Origin: Chthoniobacteraceae bacterium | GTDB taxonomy: Bacteria; Verrucomicrobiota; Verrucomicrobiia; Chthoniobacterales; Chthoniobacteraceae | Length of the DNA stretch: 64,000 bases | Direction: 5' to 3' | Assembly (NCBI GenBank): GCA_037190965.1 | Contig: JBBCKI010000004.1 | Coordinates: 63,786-127,785 of the forward strand | In this document: in pieces, positions 19,321 through 30,155 of the stretch | Position numbering within the stretch: the first letter of the stretch is position 1 | Layout: each line of letters opens with the position of its first letter | Program-made: the position numbers and the translations under genes | The notes under the pieces: generated by a model | What the model was told of the DNA's origin: nothing | What the model saw: the letters and a program-made list of their open reading frames with translations, nothing else | Databases searched by the model: none

Positions 19321-19430
19321 TATGACGAGATTTTTCTAACTCATGACACTAGGGAACCACTAGGGACACGCTACCACACACGAGCACGCCAAGGAGGGCC
19401 TCCCCCTCTTTTTTCCCATCGCCGTTTTGG

Positions 19431-20912
19431 ATGATGTTTTGCGCCTTGCTCATTCCCGACTTCCGCCTCCAGGCGGCGCTTCGCCATCGCTCCCCGCTTT
19501 GGCGGGAGCCGGTGGCCGTGGTCGATTCCGACACCTCCGTACTCGTTGAATTAACGCCCGCCGCCGCCGCATCCGGGGTGTGCGCGGGGATGAGCCCGCC
19601 ACAAGGGCTCGCGCGTTGCCTGGAATTACAGATCCTCCAGCGCGTCCCCCTCTCGGAGCGGGCCCTTTCGGGCATCCTGCTGGAACAGGCATGCGCCGCC
19701 TCCGCGCTGGTGGAACAAACGGCGGAGAATCTATGCACTTTCGACTTGAAAGGGACACCCCTCGCCGCGCAGGCCGATCTCCCCGGGTGGAGCTCAGCGT
19801 TACTCCGGCAGTTTGAGCCGCTGGAAATGAGTGTCCGCGCGGGAATCGCGGCAAACCCCGACCTCGCGCGACTCGCGACCCGCTCCACCACGATACAGGA
19901 ACCGGTGCGAATCGTGAGCGACTCCCACGCATTCCTCACCACGCTCCCGCTGGAAGCACTGGAGCCGACAATCGCCGCCTTGGCAGTGCTGCACGGCTGG
20001 GGGATCACCACGCTCGGCGGGCTGACCCGGCTGGCCCGAACGGAAATCGCAGCCCGGCTCGGCCCCGATGGCGTCCAACTTTGGGACCACGCGCAAGGCC
20101 GCTCCACACGCCTGCTCCGACTGGTGCGCGCGCCGGAACATTTTGAAGAGGCGTTTGATTTCGAGCACGAACTCGACACCGCCCAGCCGCTGCTCTTTTT
20201 GCTGCGGCGGTTTGTGGATCAACTGACCTTCCGCCTTGAATCGCAGGGGCTGGTGGCGGCAGAGATGCGGCTTCACCTCCCCCTCAGCAATGGCGAGCCC
20301 TACGAACGGCAGTTCCGGATCCCCTCGCCCACCGCCGATCCCGATGTCCTCTTTCGCGTGTTCGAAACCCACTTTGACAATCTGCGGCTGAAGTCCGCCC
20401 CCACCGGCGTGCGGCTTGCGCTGCAAGCGGCCAAGCCGGAGCCCCGGCAGTTCCGGTTGTTTGAAAACGCGGTGCGCGATCCTAACCGCTTTGCGGAAAC
20501 ACTAGCGAACATCCTCGCCGTGGTCGGCAGCGGCAACGCCGGAAGCCCGGAGAGGATACCGACTCACAAGCCCGATCAGTTCACCCTCCATGTGCCGGAC
20601 TTCGCCGCGTCGTTTCCGGCAAACCGGCATCAACGCTTGAGCGAAACCGGGCTCCCCCTGCGCCGTTACCGCCCCCCGCTTCCGGCGCGAGTCCACCTTG
20701 AAAACGCGCACCCCCGCTACATCGTCTCCGAGCAGGCGCATGGCGAAGTGGCCGACTGCCTCGGCCCGTACCGCCTTTCCGGGGAGTGGTGGGAGAATGG
20801 CTGGAGCACGGAGGAATGGGACGTGCAGATGAGCGACGGCGCACTCTACCGAATTTCCCGGCAAGGCGGCAACGAACCAACATGGCTGGTGGAGGGATGC
20901 TATGACAAGTAA
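19431..20912 (+). CDS. imuB: ImuB, catalytically inactive Y-family polymerase
   Basis: Y-family fold without catalytic acidic motifs; QFRLF clamp motif; GPYRLSGEWW C-terminal motif. Confidence 0.88.
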   Translation: MMFCALLIPDFRLQAALRHRSPLWREPVAVVDSDTSVLVELTPAAAASGVCAGMSPPQGLARCLELQILQRVPLSERALSGILLEQACAASALVEQTAENLCTFDLKGTPLAAQADLPGWSSALLRQFEPLEMSVRAGIAANPDLARLATRSTTIQEPVRIVSDSHAFLTTLPLEALEPTIAALAVLHGWGITTLGGLTRLARTEIAARLGPDGVQLWDHAQGRSTRLLRLVRAPEHFEEAFDFEHELDTAQPLLFLLRRFVDQLTFRLESQGLVAAEMRLHLPLSNGEPYERQFRIPSPTADPDVLFRVFETHFDNLRLKSAPTGVRLALQAAKPEPRQFRLFENAVRDPNRFAETLANILAVVGSGNAGSPERIPTHKPDQFTLHVPDFAASFPANRHQRLSETGLPLRRYRPPLPARVHLENAHPRYIVSEQAHGEVADCLGPYRLSGEWWENGWSTEEWDVQMSDGALYRISRQGGNEPTWLVEGCYDK

Positions 20913-23900
20913 TGCTCCGCAATTCATCGAGCTTCACGCCCGGAGCGCTTTCAGCTTTCTCCGCGCGGCTTCGCAGCCTGAAAAACTGGCGGAGCGAGCC
21001 GCTTCACTAGGCATGCCCGCGATGGCGCTTTGCGACCGCGACGGCGTTTACGGCGCGCCCCGGTTCTATGCCGCCGCGCGGGAACGTGGCGTGCGGGCCA
21101 TTGTCGGCGCGGAGCTGACAATGGAGGACGCCACGGTGCTCCCCGTGCTGGTCAATAGCCGCGAGGGATACCAGAATCTTTGCCGGCTCATCACCAAAGC
21201 CAAACTGCGCGGCACCAAGGCCGATGCACCCGTGGCGTGGAGCGATCTGCCGGAGTTCGCGCAAGGGCTCGTCTGCCTGACCGGCGACGAGGAAGGCGCA
21301 TTGCGGCAGGCTCTGGAGCGGGGCGACACGGCCGCCGCGCAACAGGGCGTGGGACAACTAAGGGAGATCTTCGGGCCGAAGAATGTCTATATCGAGATCC
21401 AGCGGCATCTCGTCCGGGGGGAAGAACGAATTAACGACCGCCTTGTGCAACTGGCGGCAAGCGAAAAGCTCCCTCTTCTGGCAACCAATGGCGTTCTCTA
21501 TGCAGAGCGCGAGCAACGCCGTGCGTTCGACGTGCTCACCTGCATCCGAAATCACACGCACCTCGACGCCGCCGGGTTACTCTTGAGCCGCAACGGCGAG
21601 CGAGCCCTCAAGGAAGCGCGCCGGATGCACGCGCTCTTTGCCGATCTCCCCGAGGCCGTTCACAACACAGCCATTCTCGCGGAGCGTCTCGACTTTTCGA
21701 TGGAAAACCTCGGGTACGAATTCCCCCGCTATCCGGTGCCGGAGGGGGAGAGCATGGACTCGTTCCTCCGCAAGGTAACAATGGCTGGCGCACGCGCGCG
21801 ATATACGCATCTCGGCAAAAAGGTGATGGATCAACTCAACCGCGAACTGGCGCTGATCGAAAAACTAGGCTTCGCAGGCTACTTTCTCATTGTCTGGGAC
21901 ATCGCGAACTTCTGCACCTCGCGCGACATCCTCATGCAGGGGCGAGGCAGCGCGGCCAACAGCGCGGTTTGCTATTCACTAGGCATCACCGCCTGCGATC
22001 CGGTCTCCAACAACCTGCTCTTCGAGCGCTTCCTAAGCGAAGGACGCAAAAGTTGGCCCGATATCGACCTTGATCTCCCCAGCGGGGAGCGGCGTGAATC
22101 GGTAATCCAGGAACTCTACCGCCGCTACGGCAAGCACGGCGCGGCAATGACAGCCAACGTCATCAGCTACCGGGGCAAGAGCGCGATGCGAGAGATCGGC
22201 AAAGCGCTCAATCTCTCGCCGGATATCATCGGACGCTTCTCGAGCCTCTACGGCGGGGGCGACTATCCGCACACGCTCGATCTTCAGACGCATCTGCAAA
22301 AAGCGGGCCTGCCTATGGAACACCCACGCGCCGCCGCGTTCATCCCGCTCTACCGGCAGATCTACGGACTGCCGCGCCATCTCGGCCAACACTCCGGCGG
22401 GATGATTATCTGCCAGGGAAAGCTCGATTCCATCGTCCCGCTGGAAAACGCCTCCATGCCCGGTCGCGTCGTGGCGCAATGGGACAAGGACGACTGCGAA
22501 GATCTAGGCATCATCAAGGTTGATCTGCTTGGGCTCGGGATGATGGCGGTGTTGCAGGAGAGCCTGGAACTGTGCCGCGAGCAGGGGGACGCCGTGGAAA
22601 TCGCCACCCTCCCCAAAGACGACCCCGCTGTTTTCGAGCTGATGCAGAACGCCGACACCATCGGCGTCTTCCAGATCGAAAGCCGCGCGCAGATGGCCAC
22701 GTTGCCCCGGCTTAAACCAGCTTGCTTCTACGACGTGGTGATCGAAGTCGCCATCATCCGCCCCGGGCCGATCCAGGGTGATCTCGTCCATCCCTACCTC
22801 AACCGCCGAGCCGGTCGCGAACCGCTTGACTATATCCACCCGCTGCTGAAGCCGGTGCTCGAGCGCACGCTCGGAGTCCCGCTCTTTCAGGAACAGATTT
22901 TAAAAATGGCAATGGTGATCGCCGATTTCACCGGCTCCGAGGCCGAGGAACTTCGGCGCGCGCTCAGCTTCCATCGTTCGCAGGAGCGGATGGAGAAAGT
23001 TACCGTAAAGCTGCGCACCGCCATGGAGCGCAAGGGGATCGAGCCTGCGGCCATCGAAAAATTCCTGCACGGGGTCTCGTCTTTTGCGCTCTACGGCTTT
23101 CCGGAGAGCCATGCGATCTCGTTCGCCAATCTCGTCTGGGCAAGCGCATGGCTGAAGGTCCACCGCCCGCTGGAGTTCTTCGCGGGGCTCTTCAACAATC
23201 AGCCGATGGGATTCTACTCTCCCGCCACGCTGCTGCGCGACGCCCGACGGCGGGGGTTGCGGTTCAAGCCGGTCTCCGTCCTGCAGTCCGACTTCAAATG
23301 CACCATTGAAGATAAGCAAACGCTCAGGCTCGGGCTCTGCACGGTGCGCGGGCTCAACGCCGTACGCGCCATGGAGATTGTGGAAGTCCGCACGCAGCAG
23401 CCCTTCGCCTCGCTGCACGACTTCCGCACGCGCACGCGGCTCGACAAGGATGAACTCCGCACGCTGGCCAGCATCGGCGCGCTCAACGGTCTCGCCGATC
23501 ACCGCCGCGCCGCGCTCTGGTCCGTGGAGGAAACGATCGACCCTGACGACCTCTTCTCCTGGAGCCGCGCGGAGAACAAGGATAGCGAACCGCCCTCCCC
23601 GCTGGAACCGATGACGCCGCCGGAACGGCTCGGGGCGGATTACGAAGGCACGGGCCTCACCGTCGGCCCACACCCGATGGCGCTCGTGCGCGGGGAGCTC
23701 CCGCACGTCTGGCGCGCCGCCGATCTCCCACAAGTACGTCATGGCGACTGGATCACCATCGCGGGCAACGTCATTTGCCGCCAGCGGCCCGGCACCGCCA
23801 AGGGATTCGTCTTCATCAGCCTGGAGGACGAAAGCGGCATCGCCAACGCCATCGTCCCTCCCAAGCTCTTCGAAAAACTCCGCCTTCTCATTACGCAGGA

Positions 23901-24024
23901 AAGCTTCCTCATCATCTCAGGCCGGGCGCAGAACTGGGATAAAGTGATCCTCATCCGCGCCGCCGAAGTCGAGTCGCTGGAAACCGGGCGACTGCGCGGG
24001 GCGGAATCGCATGACTTTCACTAG
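20902..24024 (+). CDS. dnaE2: Error-prone DNA polymerase III alpha subunit DnaE2
   Basis: ELHARSAFSFL, GRGSAANS, PDIDLD, FNNQPMGFY, C-terminal SHDFH. Confidence 0.96.
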   Translation: MTSNAPQFIELHARSAFSFLRAASQPEKLAERAASLGMPAMALCDRDGVYGAPRFYAAARERGVRAIVGAELTMEDATVLPVLVNSREGYQNLCRLITKAKLRGTKADAPVAWSDLPEFAQGLVCLTGDEEGALRQALERGDTAAAQQGVGQLREIFGPKNVYIEIQRHLVRGEERINDRLVQLAASEKLPLLATNGVLYAEREQRRAFDVLTCIRNHTHLDAAGLLLSRNGERALKEARRMHALFADLPEAVHNTAILAERLDFSMENLGYEFPRYPVPEGESMDSFLRKVTMAGARARYTHLGKKVMDQLNRELALIEKLGFAGYFLIVWDIANFCTSRDILMQGRGSAANSAVCYSLGITACDPVSNNLLFERFLSEGRKSWPDIDLDLPSGERRESVIQELYRRYGKHGAAMTANVISYRGKSAMREIGKALNLSPDIIGRFSSLYGGGDYPHTLDLQTHLQKAGLPMEHPRAAAFIPLYRQIYGLPRHLGQHSGGMIICQGKLDSIVPLENASMPGRVVAQWDKDDCEDLGIIKVDLLGLGMMAVLQESLELCREQGDAVEIATLPKDDPAVFELMQNADTIGVFQIESRAQMATLPRLKPACFYDVVIEVAIIRPGPIQGDLVHPYLNRRAGREPLDYIHPLLKPVLERTLGVPLFQEQILKMAMVIADFTGSEAEELRRALSFHRSQERMEKVTVKLRTAMERKGIEPAAIEKFLHGVSSFALYGFPESHAISFANLVWASAWLKVHRPLEFFAGLFNNQPMGFYSPATLLRDARRRGLRFKPVSVLQSDFKCTIEDKQTLRLGLCTVRGLNAVRAMEIVEVRTQQPFASLHDFRTRTRLDKDELRTLASIGALNGLADHRRAALWSVEETIDPDDLFSWSRAENKDSEPPSPLEPMTPPERLGADYEGTGLTVGPHPMALVRGELPHVWRAADLPQVRHGDWITIAGNVICRQRPGTAKGFVFISLEDESGIANAIVPPKLFEKLRLLITQESFLIISGRAQNWDKVILIRAAEVESLETGRLRGAESHDFH

Positions 24025-24055
24025 TCATTAGTCATTGAGTGACGAAAGAGCGCAA

Positions 24056-24217
24056 GGTAGCCCGCTCGCGCCATCGAGCGCGGGATTCGATGAAGAGCCG
24101 CGTTTGATGCCCATCCCCGCAGGACGGGCTGCCGGTGTCGGGTTGCGACCTCAATAAAGCCACGGGAGCCAATACCCGCGCTCGACGGCGCGAGCGGGCT
24201 ACCGGTGCTGCCGCACC
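24056..24217. repeat. GTAG-type REP doublet (REPIN-like), copy 1
   Basis: GGTAGCCCGCTCGCGCCATCGAGCGCGGG ... CCCGCGCTCGACGGCGCGAGCGGGCTACC; inverted homologue at 52379-52538. Confidence 0.85.
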
Positions 24218-24259
24218 GACTAGCTTCCAAACCGTTCCACTAAAAACAATGAAACCCGA

Positions 24260-25015
24260 TCATCCTTTGGCTTCAAGGCATAGGGACAATCCGCCGTCCT
24301 GCAAGAGGGTAGTACCAGTGATCTGACTGGCGACATCACTGCATAAATAGAAAATCTGTGAGGCGACGTCCTTCGCGGTGAGAAGTCGGTTGATCGGCAC
24401 ACGTGCCTGCGCCTTGATGCGATTCTCGGGCTCAGCCTCGAAGATCCGCCCCGACAACCCGGCATCGACATAGCCCGGGGCGATTTCATTGACCAGAATG
24501 CCGTGAGGCGCGAGTTCGAGCGCGAGAGTTTGATTGAGCATCCGCATCCCAGCCTTGGCGACGCTGTAGGCCGGGATGACGCGGTGCGGCGCGTGCCCCG
24601 CCCAACTGCCGACAAAGACCACCCGTCCGGGCCGACCTGCTTTGACGAGGCGGGTTACCCCCGCGTTGGCGAAATAGAACGCGCCGTTGAGATTCACGTC
24701 GATTTCCCGCTTCCACTGCGCGGGAGTAACCTCCAGGTGCGGAGCCATGGTCACCATCGCCGCATTCGGGATGATGTAGGCGGGCGTTTCCCCAAAATGG
24801 GAAACAGCGCTCGCATACCAGGCTTCCACGGCGTCGGCATCGGAAACATCGACCTTTTGGTAAAACCAGCCGGCGTCAAGACAGACAGGCCGTTCGGTCA
24901 TATCTCCAAGGGCGACCCGGCAGCCCGCCTCGGCAAAGAGCCTTGACGTGGCGAGCCCGATGTCGCCGAGGCCGCCACTGATGGCGACGATTCCAGGCGC
25001 AATCTCGAGTTTCAT
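24260..25015 (-). CDS. SDR-family oxidoreductase
   Basis: SGGLGDIG, PNAA and YSVAK motifs. Confidence 0.9.
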   Translation of the reverse strand: MKLEIAPGIVAISGGLGDIGLATSRLFAEAGCRVALGDMTERPVCLDAGWFYQKVDVSDADAVEAWYASAVSHFGETPAYIIPNAAMVTMAPHLEVTPAQWKREIDVNLNGAFYFANAGVTRLVKAGRPGRVVFVGSWAGHAPHRVIPAYSVAKAGMRMLNQTLALELAPHGILVNEIAPGYVDAGLSGRIFEAEPENRIKAQARVPINRLLTAKDVASQIFYLCSDVASQITGTTLLQDGGLSLCLEAKG

Positions 25016-25018
25016 TGT

Positions 25019-26197
25019 TTACCAGTCTGTAACAGCGCCATCCGGAGAGAAAGACCTTTGAAGGACTTCCTGCTGGAACGGATGCTTGGCAATCTCTTTT
25101 TCGTTAATCTCGATCCCGAGCCCCGGCTTGTTGGAAGGACGGACAATGCGGCCTTTCTTCTCCACAGTGAACGACTCGGAGACCACATCATCTCTCCACG
25201 GAACGTCGCTATGAACCGACTCGCAGATAATGTAAGAAGGCATCGAAAAGCCGAGCTCCAGAGAGGCAGCGGTGCTCACCGGCCCCTGCGGATTATGCGG
25301 AGCCACCGAGACACGATAGGCCTCAGCCATCGCGCCGATGCGCCGCGCTTCGCTCAAACCGCCGCAATGGGTGATGTCGGGCTGGATAACGCTGGCGGCG
25401 CGCTTCTCGAAAAGCTCACGAAAGGCATGCTGCGAGATCAGCCGCTCCCCGGTCGCGATCGGCGTGGTCACGGCATCCTGGATCCGCGCGATTTCGTCCA
25501 TCGCCTCCGGCCAGCACGGTTCCTCAAAGAAATAGAGTCCGTACGGTTCGAGGGCTTTTGCAAAGCGCATCCCCATGCGTGGCGAAGGACGGGCGTGGCA
25601 ATCGACCATGATGTCGATGTCCGGCCCGACGGCTTCGCGCATCGCCTTGACGCACGCTTCCGCGTAGCGGATGGGCCGCAGCCCTTCCAACGGCGCGGTT
25701 TCCGGCACGGCCATGCACTTGAAGGCGGTGAAACCTTCCGCGACGGCAGCCTGGGCGAGATCCGCAAAACAACGGGCATCGGACGGGTCGGTTTCATAAA
25801 ACGCCTCCATCTTTCCACCTCCCAGATGACAATACAGGCGGACATAGTCACGGACCGCGCCGCCCCAGAGCTGATGGCACGGTACGCCGTGAACCTTGCC
25901 GAAAATATCCCAGAGGGCGATGTCGATCCCGCTGATCGCCGTTCCCCGGACGATTCCGTTGCCGTGCCAGAAGTGCTGGCGATACATCATCTGCCAAAGG
26001 TGCTCGATGCGGCGAGGGTCTTCGCCGATCAGGAGTTGGGAGATATCCTCGATGGCGCCCACGACCGAGCGTGTATGCCACTCCAGCGTCGCTTCGCCCC
26101 ATCCCCAAAGACCGGGCTGATCCGTGACGACCTTGACAAAAATCCAGTTCCGCATCCGCGCATGGCAGACGTGGGTTTCAATCGCGGTGATCTTCAT
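25019..26197 (-). CDS. dgoD: Galactonate dehydratase-like enolase-superfamily enzyme
   Basis: [42 protein letters not shown]. Confidence 0.8.
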   Translation of the reverse strand: MKITAIETHVCHARMRNWIFVKVVTDQPGLWGWGEATLEWHTRSVVGAIEDISQLLIGEDPRRIEHLWQMMYRQHFWHGNGIVRGTAISGIDIALWDIFGKVHGVPCHQLWGGAVRDYVRLYCHLGGGKMEAFYETDPSDARCFADLAQAAVAEGFTAFKCMAVPETAPLEGLRPIRYAEACVKAMREAVGPDIDIMVDCHARPSPRMGMRFAKALEPYGLYFFEEPCWPEAMDEIARIQDAVTTPIATGERLISQHAFRELFEKRAASVIQPDITHCGGLSEARRIGAMAEAYRVSVAPHNPQGPVSTAASLELGFSMPSYIICESVHSDVPWRDDVVSESFTVEKKGRIVRPSNKPGLGIEINEKEIAKHPFQQEVLQRSFSPDGAVTDW

Positions 26198-27393
26198 CGG
26201 CAATTTCCTTTAAAGTCCGGGACCGCCACCGAATTGTTGCCCCCGGCGATCGACTGAATGCTGAGCGGCGTGATGCTCGACCACGTCACGGCATCATAAA
26301 CGTCGATCATCGGAGCGCGCCCCTCCCGGATTGCAGCGCAGAACTCACGCAGGACAAAATAATCGCCGCCGCCGTGGCCCGCCTTCATGGCGGCTTCACC
26401 GTGCTCACGCCAAAGGGGATGGATGAATTCATCCCGGTACTTGGAAAGCGGTTCCCATTCGGTCGCCGTTCCCTTGGCGTTTTGCGGGCTGCGATCCTGA
26501 ATCCAGATCAAGGGTTCCGATTTTCCGGGACTATCGGGCCAACAGAACGACGCCTTGGTTCCCTGAAGTTCATGCCGGGCCATCCAATGCGGACGGGCGG
26601 AAGCCCAGTCGACACGAATATCGATAAGCACCCCCTTTTCCGTATGGATAGAGGTACTGGTGGTATCGGGATGGCTCCAGAAGCCGGGTTCGGCGTATTC
26701 CGGACGATCAACATGATGACGCCCGACATAGTGATTTACCGCGACGGTCCGGCTCTCCCGCGTAGAGAGGCTTTTCAGGCGGTCGCTCCGATTGATATCA
26801 AGCCAGCGAGCCACCGGCCCCAGGGAATGGGTAGGGTATGCATTGCCGAACGCTTTCCTGCGCAGATTGCCACGCCAGGTCAAATCACCCTTTTCATCAA
26901 ACAGGAGTTCGCGGCAATCGTGAATATAGCTACCGGAGGCGAACGTAATTTCACCGAATACCCCTTCCTCCACCATGCGCTGCACCTGAAGCACCGGCTC
27001 CATGAAGCAGTAGTTTTCGGCCATCATGTAAGTGCGGCCGCTCCGTTTGACGGCGTCAATGAGCGCCCACCCGTCTTCCAGAGTCATGACTGCGGTGACT
27101 TCGCTCAGGACATGCTTTCCGGCGTCGAGCGCCGCAATCGCCTGCGCCGCATGCAGCGGGACGGGGGTGGCAATGCAGACAGCGTCGATCTCCGGATCGT
27201 TCAAGACCTGCTCATAATTCGAATAGAGCTTTACCCCGGAGTCCCCCTCCCATTCCTTCAGCCCCTTGGGGGAAGTATCGCAAATCGCGACGAGTTGAAT
27301 TCCGTCTTCCTTCAAGGTTTCAGCCGAGTGAATAAAAGAGCGACCGCGGCGTGATCCGATCACCGCGAAGCGTAAGGTGTTTTTTGAGGACAT
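26194..27393 (-). CDS. Gfo/Idh/MocA-family oxidoreductase (GH109-like)
   Basis: [30 protein letters not shown]. Confidence 0.85.
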   Translation of the reverse strand: MSSKNTLRFAVIGSRRGRSFIHSAETLKEDGIQLVAICDTSPKGLKEWEGDSGVKLYSNYEQVLNDPEIDAVCIATPVPLHAAQAIAALDAGKHVLSEVTAVMTLEDGWALIDAVKRSGRTYMMAENYCFMEPVLQVQRMVEEGVFGEITFASGSYIHDCRELLFDEKGDLTWRGNLRRKAFGNAYPTHSLGPVARWLDINRSDRLKSLSTRESRTVAVNHYVGRHHVDRPEYAEPGFWSHPDTTSTSIHTEKGVLIDIRVDWASARPHWMARHELQGTKASFCWPDSPGKSEPLIWIQDRSPQNAKGTATEWEPLSKYRDEFIHPLWREHGEAAMKAGHGGGDYFVLREFCAAIREGRAPMIDVYDAVTWSSITPLSIQSIAGGNNSVAVPDFKGNCR

Positions 27394-27402
27394 AATGATT
27401 CG

Positions 27403-28422
27403 TTAAATTAATTTCTCCGCGACTGCCGTTCCGATCCCGGTCCGGCCATATCCGTTGCCGCAATAGAAGAGCCGAAGGCGGCCATTTTCTTCGATGACAT
27501 TCGGGTATTCCGTCATCTCGCTCTCCCAGCCGTATCCCTGGGGCGCCAGGGAAAGGTTTTCTCCCGGTTCGCCACGGTTCCAGGTGATCCCATCTTCGCT
27601 CTCGGCTTCGCAGATCGAATACGCACCAAAGCGAGTTCCAATCCCGGCATAGATTGCCCGCCATCCGGAGGCGGTCTTCCAGACGTTCAAGGCGATGGCG
27701 GCCGCGTTTTCGTAGTCCGCATCCAGCCGGGGAGAAAGCACCACCTGTTTGTTGAACCACGAAATGCCGTCGTAAGAATCCGCTGTCACGGCAGTTTTAG
27801 CCTGCCCGATCAGCAAATCCTCGCTGGGGGTTCCGGTCGCCAGGGTATAGTACATCCGGTAGAAAGTGCGGCCCTCTTTATCGCATTGATTCACGATCCG
27901 GCCACCGCCTGCGATGCCCCGGTTGTCAGGCCATTGCGAAAATCCGTCTCCCCGTAGCACCGGCTCCGTCGAAGCCCGCTCCCAATGCAGCAAATCATCG
28001 CTGACCGCCAGGCCGATGCCCGTAAACTCCTGCAATCCGGCCTTCAATGCCTGGTTCCGCCCGGTATAATAGAGATGCCATTTATCGCCGACCCGATGAA
28101 CACACGGCAGGACGCACCAGGTGGCGTCGAAGCTTCCCTCCGCCCCGAGGTCGAACAATGGCCCGAGCCGCCTCCATGCGGAAAGGTCGTTAACAGGGCA
28201 GATCGCCAGGCAGATCCGACGCTTACCGGCGCTATTGCCACCCGCGTAAAATAGATAATATTCATCAGCCACCCGCAGCACGAACGGATTCATGCAGGCA
28301 CTGACGTCAAACGAAGACGGCCCCGGGGGGAGGATCGGATTGCGCTCATCTCGCTGCCAGGCATGAATCGCGAAGCCCCCCTGCCGGACAAGCGGCTTCT
28401 CCGACGGAATTTCTTGTCTCAT
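27403..28422 (-). CDS. Five-bladed beta-propeller glycoside hydrolase-like protein
   Basis: Repeated NP/P-x-V...LYY/LFY-G and AxSxDGxxW blade motifs. Confidence 0.7.
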   Translation of the reverse strand: MRQEIPSEKPLVRQGGFAIHAWQRDERNPILPPGPSSFDVSACMNPFVLRVADEYYLFYAGGNSAGKRRICLAICPVNDLSAWRRLGPLFDLGAEGSFDATWCVLPCVHRVGDKWHLYYTGRNQALKAGLQEFTGIGLAVSDDLLHWERASTEPVLRGDGFSQWPDNRGIAGGGRIVNQCDKEGRTFYRMYYTLATGTPSEDLLIGQAKTAVTADSYDGISWFNKQVVLSPRLDADYENAAAIALNVWKTASGWRAIYAGIGTRFGAYSICEAESEDGITWNRGEPGENLSLAPQGYGWESEMTEYPNVIEENGRLRLFYCGNGYGRTGIGTAVAEKLI

Positions 28423-28572
28423 TGAAAGGACAATCTAGAGCGTCCAATCCAAGGCGTCTTGGCGTTTTGAGAAATACGCACTGGAAGATTGGGCAATCGG
28501 AAGCGCCAGAGATCTTTTTACCATCTTTTCTTTTGGCCAACTCCCGCCGGTTCGGTTTTATTCTCCGCACCC

Positions 28573-29346
28573 ATGAAATCCGCATTGATCGGCTATACCG
28601 GCTTTGTTGGCGGCAATCTTGAGCAGCAACACTCGTTTTCCGCACGTTTCAACTCAAAGAACATCGAGGAGATTTGCGGCCAGAAGTTCGATCTCGTGGT
28701 AACGGCGGGGGTCCAGGCCAAAAAATGGTGGGCCAACCAGAATCCCGAAGCGGATTGGGCGCAAATCGAGCGGCTTCTCAATGCCCTCTCCTCCGTTCAG
28801 GCGGAGCGGTTTGTGCTCATCAGCACCATCGATGTTTACCCTAAGCCGTCCGGGGTGGATGAAGCCTCCGAGGTCGCAGAAAATCCCCAGAACGCTTACG
28901 GCACCCATCGGCTGCGCGTTGAAAAAGCGGTGCAGAGCCAGTTCGGCCCGGCCGAGACCTGCGTGATCCGGCTCCCCGGTCTTTTCGGCAACGGGCTCAA
29001 GAAGAACGTCATTTTCGATCTCCTCCACGACAATATTCTGGAGACGATCAATCCGGCCAGCCGCTTTCAGTATTACTTTCTCGACCGGCTCTGGAACGAC
29101 ATCTCCCGGTGCCTCGAAGCCCGCCTGCCGCTGGTCAACTACGCGACGGAGCCGGTCGCCACCGCCACGATCCTCGAACGCTTCTTCCCGGGCAAAATCG
29201 TCGGCGGCAATCCTGCCGCCCCGGCCGCGTATGATTTCCGCACCCGCTTCAATGCGGAGCTTGGGGGTGCCAATGGCTATCTCTACGACGCTAAAACGGT
29301 TCTGGGAGATATCGCCACCTACATTCAACGCGTCACGAAGGCTTAA
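28573..29346 (+). CDS. NAD-dependent epimerase/dehydratase-like protein
   Basis: GYTGFVG, ISTIDVY, YGTHR, IRLPGLFG. Confidence 0.8.
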   Translation: MKSALIGYTGFVGGNLEQQHSFSARFNSKNIEEICGQKFDLVVTAGVQAKKWWANQNPEADWAQIERLLNALSSVQAERFVLISTIDVYPKPSGVDEASEVAENPQNAYGTHRLRVEKAVQSQFGPAETCVIRLPGLFGNGLKKNVIFDLLHDNILETINPASRFQYYFLDRLWNDISRCLEARLPLVNYATEPVATATILERFFPGKIVGGNPAAPAAYDFRTRFNAELGGANGYLYDAKTVLGDIATYIQRVTKA

Positions 29347-29348
29347 CG

Positions 29349-30155
29349 ATGAAACTGGCCGTCTCCAACATCGCCTGGAATACGGAAGAAGACTCCGCCG
29401 CGTTTGAACGGCTCCGCTACCAGGGCATCACAGGGCTGGAGATCGCCCCACCCCGCGTCTGGCCGGAGCCTGCCGCCGTTTCTACAGAAGCCGCCTTGGC
29501 CTATCGCAAGGAGATGGCCGCCCTCGGGTTCGACCTTGTCGCTTTTCAGTCGCTTCTCTTCGGGAAGAATCACTGGAACCTTTTCCAGGAGGATTCCGCA
29601 CCGGAGTGCCACGATTACCTGATCGAACTGGGAAGGCTAGCCTCCCGACTGGGAGTACGCGTTCTCGTTTTTGGTTCGCCGCGCAACCGCGCCGTCCCCG
29701 AAACAATGACGGCGGAAAAAGCGGAACAAAAGGCGGTGGAGTTCTTCCATTCACTCGGCTGCGCCTATGCCGAAATGGGAGTCATCCTCGGGCTGGAACC
29801 CAACCCCGCCGCCTACGCCTGCAATTTCATTCAAACCATCGACGAAGCCGCCTCGCTAATTCGGAAGGTCGACAGCCCGGGGTTCCGCCTGCATCTCGAC
29901 GCGGGCGAAATGCAGATGAACGATGAAGTGATCGAATCGGTCGTTCCTCGGCACATCGATCTGGTGGCTCATGTCCACGCAAGCGAACCGATGCTGGCCC
30001 CATTGTCCGCCTCATGGGCGGGGCATAAACGGCTGGCTGCGGTGCTGAAAGCCAACGGCTACAACGGCTGGGTTTCGCTTGAAATGAAGCGCCCTCCCGG
30101 CGGCCTCACGGAATTGAAAGATCCGCTTGGCCACCTCAAGGAAATTTACGCATGA
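29349..30155 (+). CDS. Sugar-phosphate isomerase/epimerase (xylose-isomerase-like TIM barrel)
   Basis: LAVSNIAW, LVFGSP, LEPNP, HVHASEP, SLEM. Confidence 0.82.
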   Translation: MKLAVSNIAWNTEEDSAAFERLRYQGITGLEIAPPRVWPEPAAVSTEAALAYRKEMAALGFDLVAFQSLLFGKNHWNLFQEDSAPECHDYLIELGRLASRLGVRVLVFGSPRNRAVPETMTAEKAEQKAVEFFHSLGCAYAEMGVILGLEPNPAAYACNFIQTIDEAASLIRKVDSPGFRLHLDAGEMQMNDEVIESVVPRHIDLVAHVHASEPMLAPLSASWAGHKRLAAVLKANGYNGWVSLEMKRPPGGLTELKDPLGHLKEIYA

